Assembly: GCF_046119375.1 (NCBI RefSeq)
Contig: NW_027362761.1
Location: 321,842,001 to 321,906,000 of the forward strand
Length of the DNA stretch: 64,000 bases
Source: Phyllobates terribilis
Taxonomy: Eukaryota
Reading direction: 5' to 3'
Made by a program: the position numbers and the translations under genes. The notes beneath the pieces were generated by a model that did no database searches, was not told the DNA's origin, and was given only the letters and a program-made list of their open reading frames with translations. The stretch's first letter is position 1. Every line of letters starts with the position of its first letter. Of this stretch, positions 39,470-53,125 are shown in pieces.

Positions 39470-40010
39470 CAATAGCTGCTTACAGCCTTTAATAAAGACC
39501 TAGAGAAGGACGCCAGCTCCCTTGCAGAGGCGGATAATTGAGGGGTTAATTACACAGGCAATAAAATAGGTTTTATGATTTACTGTGCACAGCCAGTCTC
39601 AATATTCTGGCCATAAATAAAAGACTGCAGATAAGGAGAGCTGCAGGCAAAGCAGGACCCAGCATCTTTAATGGGCAGTTATACGACCCGCTGTGCGTAC
39701 ACGGGCTGTAAATCAGCAGAAACATCTTTTATGGAGTTCTGGCTTTTATGATGTCATTAACTTTCCTCCTTATACTTTAGGTTTAATGAAATAAAGTCAT
39801 GAGGAGGGATCAAAGGATGAGCCGATGCCTTTGGGTCCCTTGTTTTATTCTTTGTTACAGCCAAAGGGGAGGTTAATGTATCTGAGAAGGGACCTATTCT
39901 GGCACTACGCTACTTTGTGGGGGAAAAATTAGATATTGTGTCCTTGTCAGAGGTAAAAAATTGCTTTATGATTACCAGCTGCTGGCATTAATATGATTAA
40001 TAGGAATGTG
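39470..40010. promoter_or_regulatory. Candidate conserved enhancer with posterior Hox/Cdx/Pbx motif cluster
   Basis: Repeat-free; GCAATAAAA 39558, TTTTATGATTTAC 39571, GGCCATAAA 39609, TTTTATGG 39727, TTTTATGA 39744, TTTATGA 39965, TGATTAAT 39994. Conservation not tested. Confidence 0.45.
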
Positions 40011-40519
40011 CTCAGGGACACTGTACATTTTTTACTCATTAAGTAAATTCAGTCTTGCATCTAGGTTTTAACCTGTTTTGAAGCCATGCTTGCTGCCAAA
40101 AAAAAAGAATTCATTTACCTATTGGGATGAAAGCATACTGAGCAATCATTATTGGCTTTACAACTGCACAAGCAAGACACGTCTGAGTGTATCCCAATCA
40201 ATAGAGCAAGACATGGAGGCTATTATATTTTGGGAACAGGAAGCAGCGGGGAATCAAATACAAGTTATCTAATGTTCACAGTACCCAGAGACCCCGCAGG
40301 AGATCACTGCTCAGCAACTGTTAGAGAAACACCTCTTCTTGAGGATTTCTTTTGGTTTTAAAGGGACGCCATTAGCTCACATGCTATGAACCGTCCATAC
40401 CTTCACGTAAATTAATATTTTGCGGCTCTAGAAAGTATATGTAAAATTAGCAGTATAAATCATCAGACAGTGGCAATTCCTGAATGATCTTTTAAGAAAT
40501 CTGCACACTTTTACTAAGG

Positions 40520-41261
40520 CAGGGATCCCCAACCTGAGGCTCAGGAGCCACATATGGCTCTGGATTCTGTGATATGTGAGTCACGGTCGTCTCCCAGCTT
40601 GTTGCATTAGCACCAGATCTAGCAGACTGCTATGAAGAGCAGGTCTCCAGATGTGCCGTCTGAGTAGCCCCATACAGAAGAGCAGTCCTGGATGTGCATA
40701 TATTGGCCATGTGGGTGGAGAGATGAATATCGTAAGCTGCTAATAGGATGGTGCTTCCAGGTACAGGAGGCGCTTGATGGATGCGATAGTGTAGTGGGAG
40801 TGCTTGATGCGAGAATACAAAATAGTGGGTAGGTGGGAACACCTGGATGTAAGTATACTGCCTATAACGCAGGCTGGCACAAGGTCTCGGTGTGATTTCT
40901 GGGGGAAGTTTTCATTGTCATTATACCAGGTGGCAGGGGGTTCTGGATGTCACTACTGGGGAGGGTGGGGGAATTGAATGTCACTACTTCGAAGGCTCTG
41001 GATGTGCCTCCATACAATGTTAGAGTAGTAAGTGGCTCTTAGGCCACGTCCCCACTATCAGTATTTGGTCAGTATTTTTTCTCAGGAGTGGGAGCCAAAA
41101 CCAGGAGTGGGTGATAAATGCATAATTGGTGACTTGTTTCTATTATACCTTTTCTCTGATTGTTCCTCACCTGGTTTTGGCTCCCACTCCTGAGCAAAAA
41201 TACTGACCAAATACTGATAGTGGGGACGTGGCCTTAGTGAAAGAGAGGTTGGGGACCACTG
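40520..41261. mobile_element. hAT (Charlie-like) MITE with a near-perfect palindromic MITE nested at 41041-41234
   Basis: cagggatccccaacct / aggttggggaccactg; degenerate TSD tactaagg/gtctaagg. Inner element has ~65-bp arms aggccacgtccccactatcagtatttggtcag.... Confidence 0.8.
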
Positions 41262-43902
41262 GTCTAAGGCTGGGTTCACATATATGCAGTGCTGTCACTG
41301 AGTACAACGGGACAGTTTCTATTGGAATCCCAGAAGCACAGGATTATGACAGAAATTCCTGACAGAGCCATTCACTTCAATGGAGCAGACTGAGGCCCTT
41401 GGACACTGTCTGGCCTCCGTCCTGGCAGTATTCATCTTTTTCAGACATGCACAAAATGTAGCAGACCACATTTTATATAACTACACATACACACTGCCGG
41501 TAGCCTAATATAACAGCCACATAATGTACATACATAATGTACGTAAACGACTAAGAATAACATCTGCACATTGAAGGATACGAGTGTGCTTCACACTTGG
41601 TCTCTCTGCTGTATCGTTTTAATCCTTTTTTGGTAGGAGTGGAGGGGAGTTGGTTATGGAGGGATATTTGGAGAAGGATGGACTGGCTAATATCTGAGGA
41701 CAAAGCCTTTAGTCTGGTTAGAGGCAAGATGGGGGAGGGAACGGAATCAAAGAGTCTTCGTTAAATTAAGTCTTGTGGACTAAATTAGCCAACCTACACC
41801 ATAGTATGTTCAACCAGTGGAAATTATTTGGCATAACTGAAGCTGGGCGACAGACCTCAGCGCCTTTATTCTGAGCACATGACTGATGTGTTGCCATCCC
41901 TGCAGCGGTGAACAGTGATTCTTATCTGTTGCTAGCGGCAAGTCATTCTCCCGGCATGGGGTCCAGAGGAGGGTCTACTTGCTGATGCAGGCCCGCACAC
42001 CAGGACAGACAAATAGGCTTTGGAGCTGGACAGGCCTCATAGGGAGGTTTTGACATAAAGGGCCCTTTAGAAAGGCTGGAATTGTCAGCCGTTTGATGGG
42101 CTCATGCTGGGCCATTAGCTTCTGTTACTAATTTGCTGTGGATGTGAGAGGCTGAGCTGTGTGAACACCTGCAAGAGACTTTGCAATGCATTGTGGGAAC
42201 AGCCAATTTTGCAGAGAGGCCAGACAGCCCATGTCCACTACTCACAAGGCAGAGATTTTTCTCGCCAGAGAAAATACTTTTTCTTACAAAAAGAATTTCA
42301 GGTTGGAATCCAGGAAACTGGCGTTGCTATAAGGAAATCATTAATACCTGGCATAGTCTCATCCCGCGTGCTAGTAACCAGTTTCTATCTCACATGGCAT
42401 CTGGCGAGTCTACACAGACTCTTCTACCAATTTGTTTCTTATCCCACAGAAAATGTGACTCATATGGATTATCAGAATTTCTGTGCCGTCAGATACCCAG
42501 AATGCCCCCCTTCTTCCATAGCCATCATTATTAGCTCTCAGCCTTTAATGTTCGTAGCCAGCAAATGAAATAATGGAGAGAATACGTCTTCATTTCCCTG
42601 AGACTGATTATTCTCTGTCTGTCTGGCTCCATCCCAAGGTTTCAGAATTCTCTCAGAGCCATGATCCATCTACTCTGGTTTTCCGGTGGGGCAGACCTGT
42701 TTTCAGTTATCATTACTAAACTGTGGGGCGTAGTAGGTGAGAAGTCACAAGAAAACCATGCAAAGCTAACATTTCATGGTTTAGCCAGAGTTTTACGTAC
42801 AAGAGATACAACACAAGAGGACAAAAATAATTCAGAAGAAAAACAAAAGAAAAAAAAAAAGTTTGTTTGCCCAAATCAATCCGAAACCCCTGCCCCCAAA
42901 TGACTTCTTTATAGATGATTCGTTAAAATCAGGATCTAATATTATATCTGGCTTACCACATGGATATGAATATTAATGAATCATCAATAAAGAAGTGATT
43001 TTATCTTTTCGGATTGAGCCGGGCAAACAATCTCTTGTTCTCTTCAGCATTTACAAACACCAGCAACGCCAGGAATGAATATGGACAAGCACATCAACTG
43101 GGGGAGGTTCTCTATTTATAAATGTAATATGGAAAAAGTGGTAAAAATTGAGAAATCTTAGGAGTTATTTCCCCTCCCTCTGACTACTAGGACAAGAAGT
43201 CTTTTGCAGACATGTAATTGCCAGACACATGCATATTAACAGACACTGCCTGCAGGAGAATTATGGCTACTGTGCAGCATGAATAAATATTTCAGGGATT
43301 AAAATGGATGCTTCATTGCTGCATGGATTTAATATGCCCCAGCCCCTAGAGGAATACAGAATATCATCAAAAGGGAGATTTATCTTTTCAAACTTTAATT
43401 GGAAGACTGACACTATATAATGTATATATTCTTGCCGATGGCCACGGCTGCAAACGAATCAAAGAGCGAACATATGTTCTGCACATAAGATATAGGTTGC
43501 TTTCAAAATCCACAAGCAGTTTCCCAGGGAGACACCCAATTTTCACTGACCCTCACCAGTCACCCAAAGAGATTAAATGTGGAAAACATCTTTTTTTTAC
43601 AAGTGACATTAAAGCTTCGTGCATACAGTGAAGGTGGATTCAGCAATGTGACTGCCAGTTTTAGGTGTAAAAAAAGAGTCACAAATTACTTCTCATGTTA
43701 TATACACGCCATAACTTGCTACTTTTTTAAACTTTCACTCATGCCATATTACAAAAAAAAAAGGTAGGCAAAGCTTAGCGTAAGGGAGTGGGCCACATGT
43801 AAACCTGGGCTGGCATAGACAAATTACTGGTGAATGCATAGAACAGATTAAAAGGCATTTTAATCAGTCAGGCACATCTTATGTCAGCATGCAATTTATT
43901 AA

Positions 43903-44183
43903 AGGAACTCTGTCAGCACAGAATGACTATTCAAACTTAGCACTGCAGCTTGGTGCTTCACTGCAGGGCCAATCACTTAACTACACCTTCCCACCTGCTT
44001 GTTTTCCCTCTATCTTCGCCCCCTCTTCTTTGATTGACAGCTCTGGCTTGATACAGCCAGAGGACGATGGAGATAGAGGGAAAACAAGCAGGTGGGAAGG
44101 GGTAGTTAAGTGATTGGCCCTGCAGTGAAGCACTGAGCACCTGTACTTGGTTTGAACAGTCATTCTGTGCTGACAGAGTTCCC
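43903..44183. mobile_element. Palindromic T2-type MITE
   Basis: aggaactctgtcagcacagaatgac / gtcattctgtgctgacagagttcc; ~125-bp arms. Confidence 0.85.
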
Positions 44184-44896
44184 ACGAGGAGTGTTTGGTG
44201 CATTTTTGACGCTGCATATTCTAGCTATGCAAAAAAAAAACCACAGTGTATTGCAGTTCCAGAAAAATGAATATGAGTTCTAGAATTGTCATGCCCACTG
44301 TTTTTTTTTTTTTGTAAAACCCTATCATATCCAGAATCACAATTTAACTGCAGATATAGGGTTAATTTGCAAGTAAATAGCAATAAAAGCGTACCTGCCT
44401 TACTGGAAAAGAGGCTACATGGAGAAAAAGAACTTATATCCTCCCTGCAGCCGCTCACTTCCAGTCATCAGGGGTGGGGGGGGTTGATCAGTCATCCCTC
44501 ACTATATAGTGATCGCAGATGTAATCATTCGCCAGCTCTGAACATGTACAAATGCTGAAGATCGTGCTGTCAAAGTGTCAGTTAGTGACTACAGACGCTC
44601 TCTGTATAATTAGCGGCGACTGTAATCACACCCTGCATCACCTCGATGACTGGATGCGAGTGGCCACAGGGAAATATAACTTTAATCTCTCTCTATAGCC
44701 AAGCTTCCAGTAAGGCAAGAAGGCATGATTGTAGCGCCATTTACCAGCAAATTAACCCTGTATCTGCAGGTATATAGCATTTCTGGACATGACAAGTTCT
44801 CTTTCAATAAACAGTTTGCAAATGTATACCGGGACTGACAGAGGTCAAAAGAATACCTCTTTGACCTCCATCTGGTGTAATGGGCCTTTAAAAATG

Positions 44897-45118
44897 GTTT
44901 TGGCTGTTATCCTAAGTCATGTGACAAGGCTCGTTAAAGGGTCGATATTGACTTTTAGGATTTCTACTTTCTATAGGTGTCACTAGAGCTCTAGTTCTCT
45001 TTCTCTCTGAAGAGACAATTTGCATATTTCCTAGAGCAGTATTGAGGCTTAAAAGTCTCCTCACCTTGACATGCTTAACATGTCACTCTCCGAAAGGAGA
45101 AACATTGCCCCTTGGATA
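44897..45118 (+). mobile_element. Retrozyme-like partial monomer lacking the hammerhead
   Basis: ttttggctgttatcctaagtcatg...gacttttaggatt...ccccttggata is colinear with the 319-bp monomer. Confidence 0.85.
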
Positions 45119-47149
45119 TAGTATATGCGAGAAGCTTATTCCTACAGATACATTCAGCTAGTTGCACAAATGCAAAGTGCACCCAGCCTTATTGCTGGGT
45201 CTACACATGTCAACCCGGCCATTTAATATCCACCAATCAGCTACATGCATGCTAAAGCCACTTGTTTAATAGACAGGCAGACCACAGTTCTATGTGCGAT
45301 CGGTCTGTACGCATAGAATATCATTGTTTTAGGCAGCACACAACCTATTTACACAAGACAATGTGCTGCCATCAATGCTAAATTCAACTAAAAAAAATCA
45401 TTGTACCCAGCAAACAAGTGTTTAGCTTGTTTGTTGTGTGAACAGCAGCCTGGGAACGATTGTTCATAGAAACACACGTTCCCCCAATTATCTGCTCATC
45501 CAAAACCAGCATTAGTGACATTACAGGACTGTCCCCCTGCCTAGTATGTTGAACTAAAATTACGCCATTACCTTGTTAAAAAAATGCTATAGTTATGTCA
45601 ACATCAGATGAAACTAAGCTGTCAGGCCTTCCTTGCAATAATTTCACTCACTGGTTTTCCAGGTAATGAAAAAACACCCGCCTAAAAGTAGAATCGTCAT
45701 AAGCCAACTTATACTCCCTTAGTATAAGAGGGCGCCTCAAACTTTGTTCCTGCAGTGATTCTGTGCTGACTATGAGGATGAGACTGCAGCAGCCAGTGTC
45801 GTACATCATCACTGCAGGACAGTTATAGACAGGCGAGACCACCAGTGCGAGTACACCAAGTCATTTTAATCACATTACCTGCTTTTAGGCTTTTTTTTTA
45901 AACAAAAAAAACATGGCCAAACTCTAACAGGGTTGTGCTAAGTTTAGAACTTCTCTTCTAGCGATAGGATAGGGGAGAATATCGTGATTGCAAAGTGTAT
46001 GACCGCTGGGATCACCACCAATGCTGAGAATGGGGTTCTGCATAGACCAATCTGAATGCAGCAGAGCCCGAGCATGCCTACCTCCACGTCATTCATTCTT
46101 TATGGTACGGCTGGAGATAGCAGAGTTCCGCACTTGGCAATTTCTGGCAGTCCTATAGAGAATGAAGTGAAGAGGCACCTGCTTGTCAGCCAGTGATTAA
46201 TATGTTATTCCCTATCCCAATCCATAGGGGATAACTTTCATGCTTTATACAAAAACCCTTTAACATGTAAAGATCACTTTACTATTGCCTTTATACCTGG
46301 TATTTTATTATACTGGTCAACCAGTAAATGAAAAATAAATGGGAACTAAATAATTATAATTAAGCTCAACTTAAACCATTTTTTAGGTTGCAAGAACTCA
46401 TACTTGTACTAAGCCACAGCTACCCAGGGCATGGCATCTTTACATTAAGTCATTACTCAATCACCTTGTACCTATCTGATCTTTACACCTCTGAAAACTG
46501 GTGGTGAAATATCAGGTAACCATTGGCACTTCAGCAGTCTCCTTACTGTTAGGTCTGGACAGAAGGGAGGATATCACCAGATATCACCCGCACATTAGAA
46601 GAACCGAAGGCACAATGAACAAAAAAAAACATAAGACCAATGAACCAATGGACAACACTATTTCCTCTTATAAAACCCCCATGAAAAAAGTGAGATTTTC
46701 CTGGTCAGATGCAACAGACAGTGAAGTGTTTTCTACAGGTTACATAAATAGTCATTTCTTCATATCTCATTTTGAGACACACATACAAAACAACCTGCTA
46801 AGCTGATTTTTATCAGAATGCATGGTGGCCATCAGATAACCAAGCGGCTTCCGTCTCAGTCAGCCTAAGCTTTTCCGCTACACTGCAAGGGGGAAACCAC
46901 AGCGAGAAAGCCAGGGCTCCTCTGCCTGCCCACACAACCCCAAGCTTCAGCAGGAAGGAGAATGTATTGAGGGTTAAGTGACTCAGTGGCCGCAGACTAT
47001 GGGAGTATGACCACAGCTAGCACAATGATAACCGAGCATTAGCTTTCTTGACAGTTATCTGTTCCTGTGTGAAAACAAGATATTGTCTCCTTTATAACGT
47101 GGGGAAAGCGGATATAATTAATACTCACTGACTGTGACTTACCCATGTA

Positions 47150-47865
47150 AGGCTATGTTTACATGCAATGTTTTTTTGCAGCATTTTTTATGCAAAACTA
47201 AAAGCAGCTTTTTACCGCAGCAGCACAAGCTATGATGTTTCAGAAATGCCATGCTTGATTTTTTTCCTGACTGAATTGAACAGTGCTGCTGATTTGAAAT
47301 CTGCAAATGTCAATTCTTTCAGCATTTCAAAAGCAATGAGAAATTGAAAAAATTCTGCAAACATGCAACAATCTTTTTTGCGACGTTTTTGGCTGAATAA
47401 AACAAACTTTATTAAACATGTACTGTAAAACAAAGCTCACGTGTAATCTGCATCCATAAAATGTTGCAAAAAAAAAACAAAAACCAGGCACTTTGAAAGC
47501 AGCGTTTCTACTGCCAAGAGATTGATTGTTCTCAGTGGGTGAAACAAAATAATAATCTTATAGTTATGATACCTTTGTCAAGGATAATGGCCAAGAGATC
47601 ACACAGATCCCACCAATTTGTCGGCTTACGAGCTTTCCAGCTAGCGATGGCACCTCGGGTGTATGGTTGGCCTCATAGGTATTGGCAATCTGTGCGGCCT
47701 TGGAGGCCTCCTTTGGCTCCTGGGCTGCGGCCAGAAAAACTTTTCCAGCCTCCCCTAATACCTCAGGAGCACTGCTAATCATGGGGCAGCTACCACAGGC
47801 CATGTCACATGCCAAGAGGGCAGAAAAAAATGCACCAAAAATGCTGCGTGCGAACATAGTATAAC
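47150..47865. mobile_element. TTAA-type MITE with internal insertion
   Basis: aggctatgtttacatgca / tgcgtgcgaacatagt; repeated gcattttt/aaaaatgc motifs. Confidence 0.55.
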
Positions 47866-48475
47866 TGAAAATGATATTAGAAATGGCACTATAAATGAAG
47901 GAGCCTGGCTAAACTGGCCAGAAAAAGTTAAAATAGGGTCTACAAAAGCAAAAATCTAAACAGCTGCCAGATCTGATTTGGGGAGCAGCATCCTAAGCCT
48001 AGAAATATCAGGCAAGACACTATGCCTTTCTATGCATTTCCCATTATAAGGGAGGAAAACAAACCCTGAAGAAGCAGCATTAGTCTCATTCACGGTTTAC
48101 TCTCACCTCAGGAATACAGATGAACACATTTCTCCATGTTGTTAGATTTCATGTGACGCCGGGGGCCTTACTCACAGTGTGCCCCTCTTCCACCTCCCAG
48201 TTTACATGCCACTAGCTTAAATCTCCTAAGTGTTAATGGGATAAGTAAAAATGACGATAGCTGCCAGATATTACTGACTACAATCTACACACTGAGTAAA
48301 CCGGTAAACAACAAATTAAATCCCAAATCCCAAAAGGTAGTACACGGTCTGGGCCCATAAGCAGTGTATATTTTCAGGACAACGGTGTTATCTAACGTAT
48401 TGCATCCATTACGTTGAATGTGTCAGCATCCATGGGAAGTAGAGGAGGGGAAAAATGTACATGGAACTTATTTAA

Positions 48476-48843
48476 AGGGGTTGTCCGGGGACATAATATG
48501 TTACTTGGATAATTAGTAAATACAAATAAATTGAACTTACTAAACTACTTCCCAGTCCTGAACTAGTCACAGTGGTCCCCTCTCAGTCAATGCCACTCTC
48601 CCTCAGCACACAGTTTAGTACGTTATGAAGGGGGTCGTAATGAAGAAGGGCCAATGAACTGATTGTAACAGCCAGCCCCCTTCAATATGTACCAAAAGAT
48701 GAAGCTGAATCATCCAGCCTGTGAAAGTAGGGGTCTAAAATTGGGACATTGATGCAGTTTCATAGTTATTGTAAATGTTAAAGTTTTCACTTCTATGATC
48801 AAAATATCGAAAAACAACTTTTTATGTCCCAAGACAATCCCTT
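48476..48843. mobile_element. T2-type MITE
   Basis: ttaa|aggggttgtccggggacataa...ttatgtcccaagacaatccctt|ttaa. Confidence 0.7.
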
Positions 48844-50606
48844 TTAAATAACAGAAAATACATGCTTACACCAAGTCTGTCTGACTTTGCAAGTTTTCTT
48901 TCTTGCCACCATGATGATAACATCTGTTCTCGGCCTCAGGGGACTCTAGAGGGAAATAGAACTTAAAATGGGTTGCCCAAACCTTACACCGTCCACATTT
49001 TTCTTCTTGTTTGGTTAGCATTTAGTCAAAGTTCAATGGCCACATCATCTTTAATAACTGACACATTAGCGTTCGTACCCATTTCTAACATTATGAGCCA
49101 TAGAGTTTAAACACGGACACCTCTTCCATATTTTTGTACAAACCATGGCTTCAGGACACTCTACCTGACTGAACAATATAAAAAATGTAGATAAATTCAC
49201 GTGAACTGCTAGAGAGTTTTTATTTTCGACAGCTGATGTTGAGTGAAAATCCTGCCACGTACATCAATGTGTCAGAGTGAAATCCAGTTATCTCTCCAGC
49301 CTGCATCCCAGCTCAGATCATAACCTCTCCTCCCTCCCCTTCCAGCATCTGCACAGAAGCCAAATCCCCCTGTACTCAATTTTCACATCTCCGTAGACAA
49401 GTGGCGGATTATTTACGGCTTTTTATTCCTTTACCGCCACAATGTGTAGATCCGGTAAGCGTGCTGATCCCATGTGACAGTGCTTCAAAGAGACAGCTTA
49501 GAGTATTTATTCTTTAAGGTATTTGTAACACACAAAGGAGATGGGATCCCACTGGATATTACTTTCACTGTGGGTTTAGCTGCTGATCACAGAAGACGCA
49601 CATGTCACTTTCGCCCATCTTGGAGCTGGGACAATTTACAAGGGGAGTAAGACATGCTATAGTTATAAGACTATTATGTATACTGTATGGATTAAAATGT
49701 CCATATCGTCTCTAACCACAGAGGGTAGCTATAAGCGGCAAAGAAGGGAAAAAGAAAAATAATCAACAAATGCCATGGCCAATTCAAGGCATTATTTTGT
49801 CGATTTAAGAACCTCACTTAATAAAGACTTCAGGTTTTTCTCACACGTAAAAAAAGAAAAATGGCCCAATGTCCATCAGATTTTTAAGCGTTTGGCCAGT
49901 CAGTTTTTACCATCACCGTTTCATCATGATTTTTTTAGCTATAACTGAGAAGATTTCTGAAGCTTTCCTCATCAAACAAACATGAAAATTAGACTGCACT
50001 AGAATCAAATAAAGGGGATTAGAGTGCGGTCCGAGTATCACCCACGCCCATAGACTTTGGCGAGTTTGATCTGTGGTTATGATGAAAAATGACAAGCACG
50101 CAATATAGTCTATGTGAACAGCCACTTAAAACACATACCCATTATAGTCTGTGAAAATAGAACTCCTAAGTGAAACATGCATGTCTGAATGAGTCCTAAG
50201 AGTTAGTTCACACATGCCATTCTCAAACCGACGTAGTTCCGGGGTATGATAAATATTTTTTAGAAAATGGGTCAAGGGACACCCAATAAACAGCCCCGTA
50301 AAAAAAGGTGCTTTGTATCTCTACCAATGCCTTCATCTTGGCTAATTGTCAGAGGGATAGTTTGGTATACTGGGGCTCATTAGGAACTAGCCAGACAGCA
50401 CAAAAGGTAACATGTATGGGGCAAGTAGCCTGTCACCAGATAGCTGCTGTCTAGGAAACAGTGATTGGGCACGTTGGATTTCAACATGCTCAGTCCTTAC
50501 TTTCTCCCTATTCAAAAAGTACATTCAGCAAATTTAAGAGCCCACCCATGTTTATGAGGTAGTCGGGGAATATAGTGACTTGTCGAGCGATGTTTGACAT
50601 ATTAAT

Positions 50607-50812
50607 GATTTATTTATTTATTTTATTCCCTTATACAGCGCCATTAATTCCACAGCGCTTTACAGACATTATTGTCGCTGTCCCCATTGGGGCACACTAT
50701 CTAGTTTCCCTATCAGTATGGTTTTGGAGCGTGGGAGGAAACCGGAGAACCTGGAGGAAACCCACACAAACACGGGAAGAACATACAAACTCCTTGCAGA
50801 TGTTGTCCTTGG
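50607..50812 (-). mobile_element. SINE or L2-type 3' end, 5'-truncated
   Basis: (ttta)n tail, atacagcgcc...agcgctttaca stem, then ggaggaaaccggag...ggaggaaacccac...gaacatacaaactcc body, recognised as typical of L2-mobilised fish/amphibian SINEs. Confidence 0.7.
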
Positions 50813-50865
50813 TCTAATTCTATTAAAAATACTACCTCACTTGCACTAACTGGTTAAAGTATTTT

Positions 50866-51680
50866 GGGCCTGATTCATTATTGTATTTGCGCCATTTTTT
50901 GTTGATTTTTTAGCATTTTGCCACTTTTTTTCCATGCGCCACATTCATGTTTCTATTTGCGCCGTTTTATTCTATTTGACATATGTCTGCCTGTGGTTTT
51001 TTTTTCAGTGCGCCACTGTGGGCAGAGCTTAGGATTTTTTTCACCGGATTCATCACTTGCGACTTTTCAAAAAGTTGCAAAATATGTCGCATATGTATTT
51101 CAGTAACCCCCTCAGAATGATTTCATGTATGTCTGAAATGATGGCACAATTTTGCAAAACATATGACTTTTACAGCTAAAGATTTGCAAAAAAACGGCAA
51201 CGAATATCACTAAACAAGACAAGAAAAGTATGGAAAAAAAAACAAACATTACCTTTGCGCCTGTTTCTTTGTCTAATTTTGTGCTTTTTTATTTTGTTTG
51301 CTCCAATTCATTATTCTATTTGCGATTTCTTATCTCTACTTCATATGTGCTCGCCTGTATTTTTCCGCTTTGTGGGCGGAGTTTAGCAATTCCAGTTGTT
51401 TTTATTCAAACCTTCGTATGTAATTTTTTAAAAAGTTGCAAAATTTGGCCCTGATTTCACTCAAGTCCCCCCCTGGTGTATTTTTGAGTATACCAGTACT
51501 TTGAAGAAATGTTTTTTTACTTTTACAAAAACTTACAAAAAAACAGTTCAAGACAGCGAAAAAGTCCATTTTTGACTGTGTGATAAATTTATGAATTGGG
51601 CACCAATAAGTGCAACTAATGCCACAAGACAAAAAACGGAATATGACTTACAAAAATCTGCAAACGATAAATCTGGGACG
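50866..51680. mobile_element. Harbinger-like MITE with two diverged internal ~350-bp units
   Basis: gggcctgattcatta / gataaatctggg termini; repeated tttgcgcc...aaaaagttgcaaaat...cccccc blocks. Confidence 0.5.
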
Positions 51681-52750
51681 TAGTTTCTAAAATAAAACAT
51701 CTTAATTTTGTTGAGTTTTTTTCAACTAAAAAGAGAACTGTAACCATTATAATAGGATACTTTATGTTATTATGTTGAGCTGCTCTTTTTCTATTTCCTG
51801 CTTTATCCTTTCCAATCTCTCTATTTCTTCAAGGTCTGACTCATGCTAGTCCTGTATTACTGATGAGGGGCGAGGAATACAGGTTTTTACTCTATGCCTC
51901 TTATATATAAGCAGAGGAACAATTGCCAAGGAAGGCTCTTTTATTCTGGTTCACACATCTTGATCTATCTCTGAGTTTTAGTTCCTCATTAGTTCCTGAT
52001 TCGGAGACTTTCTTCTACACTACAGCCTATTAGATGTAAAGCACACTGTCAGCCATGTGAAAAGCAGAGTGATGATTCCTGCCATATGCTGCAAGAAAAA
52101 TCTGATAAAGGACAAAAGGAGTCAGATAGCACTGGTTAGGAGTCAGTTTTAACCATGAAAATGTGAAACACAATAATTGGGAAAAGCAGTCGCCTGTTTT
52201 AATCAGTGACCCATTCTAAAATGCTATCCTACTCGGAGTACTCAAATTAATCGGTAAATATCCCAAAAGCAATAAAACAGATTCATAAATGACATGCCAT
52301 TTAAACACTGGTTCTGATACATTTTAGAATAATTCAATGATCGCAATTAAAAATAAAAAAATTCTTGGATATCACTACGGTTTACAATCCGGGCACGTTA
52401 CAGATCCAAACCTTTAAAAGTCCTGCAAGCTATGTGCATCATTTTACAGCAAACAATACATCTAACCTTGCTGCTTTTTCAAACTACAGCTCCTAAAAAT
52501 GCTCGTTTCACAGAATATGCCACAAATGTCATATATATGTGGGTCCAACCTATCTAGAGCCCACACTTATCTCTAGAAAGAGGGTCCCTGACCTGCATTA
52601 CATAGATGTTGTGAATAAAGAGGTACACATGCTCTGAGACAAAGATGTATTTCCACAAAAGTGTTAGGCGTAGCACTTACTTTCCTAGGGGATTCTGTCA
52701 AATTAGATGATTAAGAGGGATATTCGCATGAAATATAATACTATCAAGTA

Positions 52751-53125
52751 AGGCCTCATTCAGATGTCCGACTTTTCATGTAGACAAAAAACGTTCCAAG
52801 TTTCAACAATCTTTTGGATCCAATATTCATCAATGTTTGGTCAGTGTCTGTTTTTACCATCAGTGACTTTCACGTATGAAAAAAATGAATAAAAACATTT
52901 CAAATCTTCTCCTATCCATTGCAATGTCAATCACTGACAGCACAAGGATTGCATACTGATGACATCCGTGTGCTCGCCGTGATTTTCAAAGGCCCATACA
53001 CTTGTACGGATAACTTTGATTGGCTACTTGGATCATGTCACCATAGATTTTAAGATGTACACATTCCATGCATGAAAATCACAGAGGAAATGTGTACGAG
53101 TTACACGGATATCTGAATGATGTCT
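52751..53125. mobile_element. MITE related to the 20793-22687 host element
   Basis: aggcctcattcagatgtccg / cggatatctgaatgatgtct. Confidence 0.7.

Noticed and set aside
42161-42568. 135-aa and 117-aa plus-strand ORFs
   Set aside because: No homology recognised, antisense to the host gene, ordinary composition.
51851-51883. cctgtatt-a-CTGATGA-ggggcgagg-aatacagg, hammerhead-like
   Set aside because: No stem II closure, GAAA or stem III; at most a relic or a chance match.
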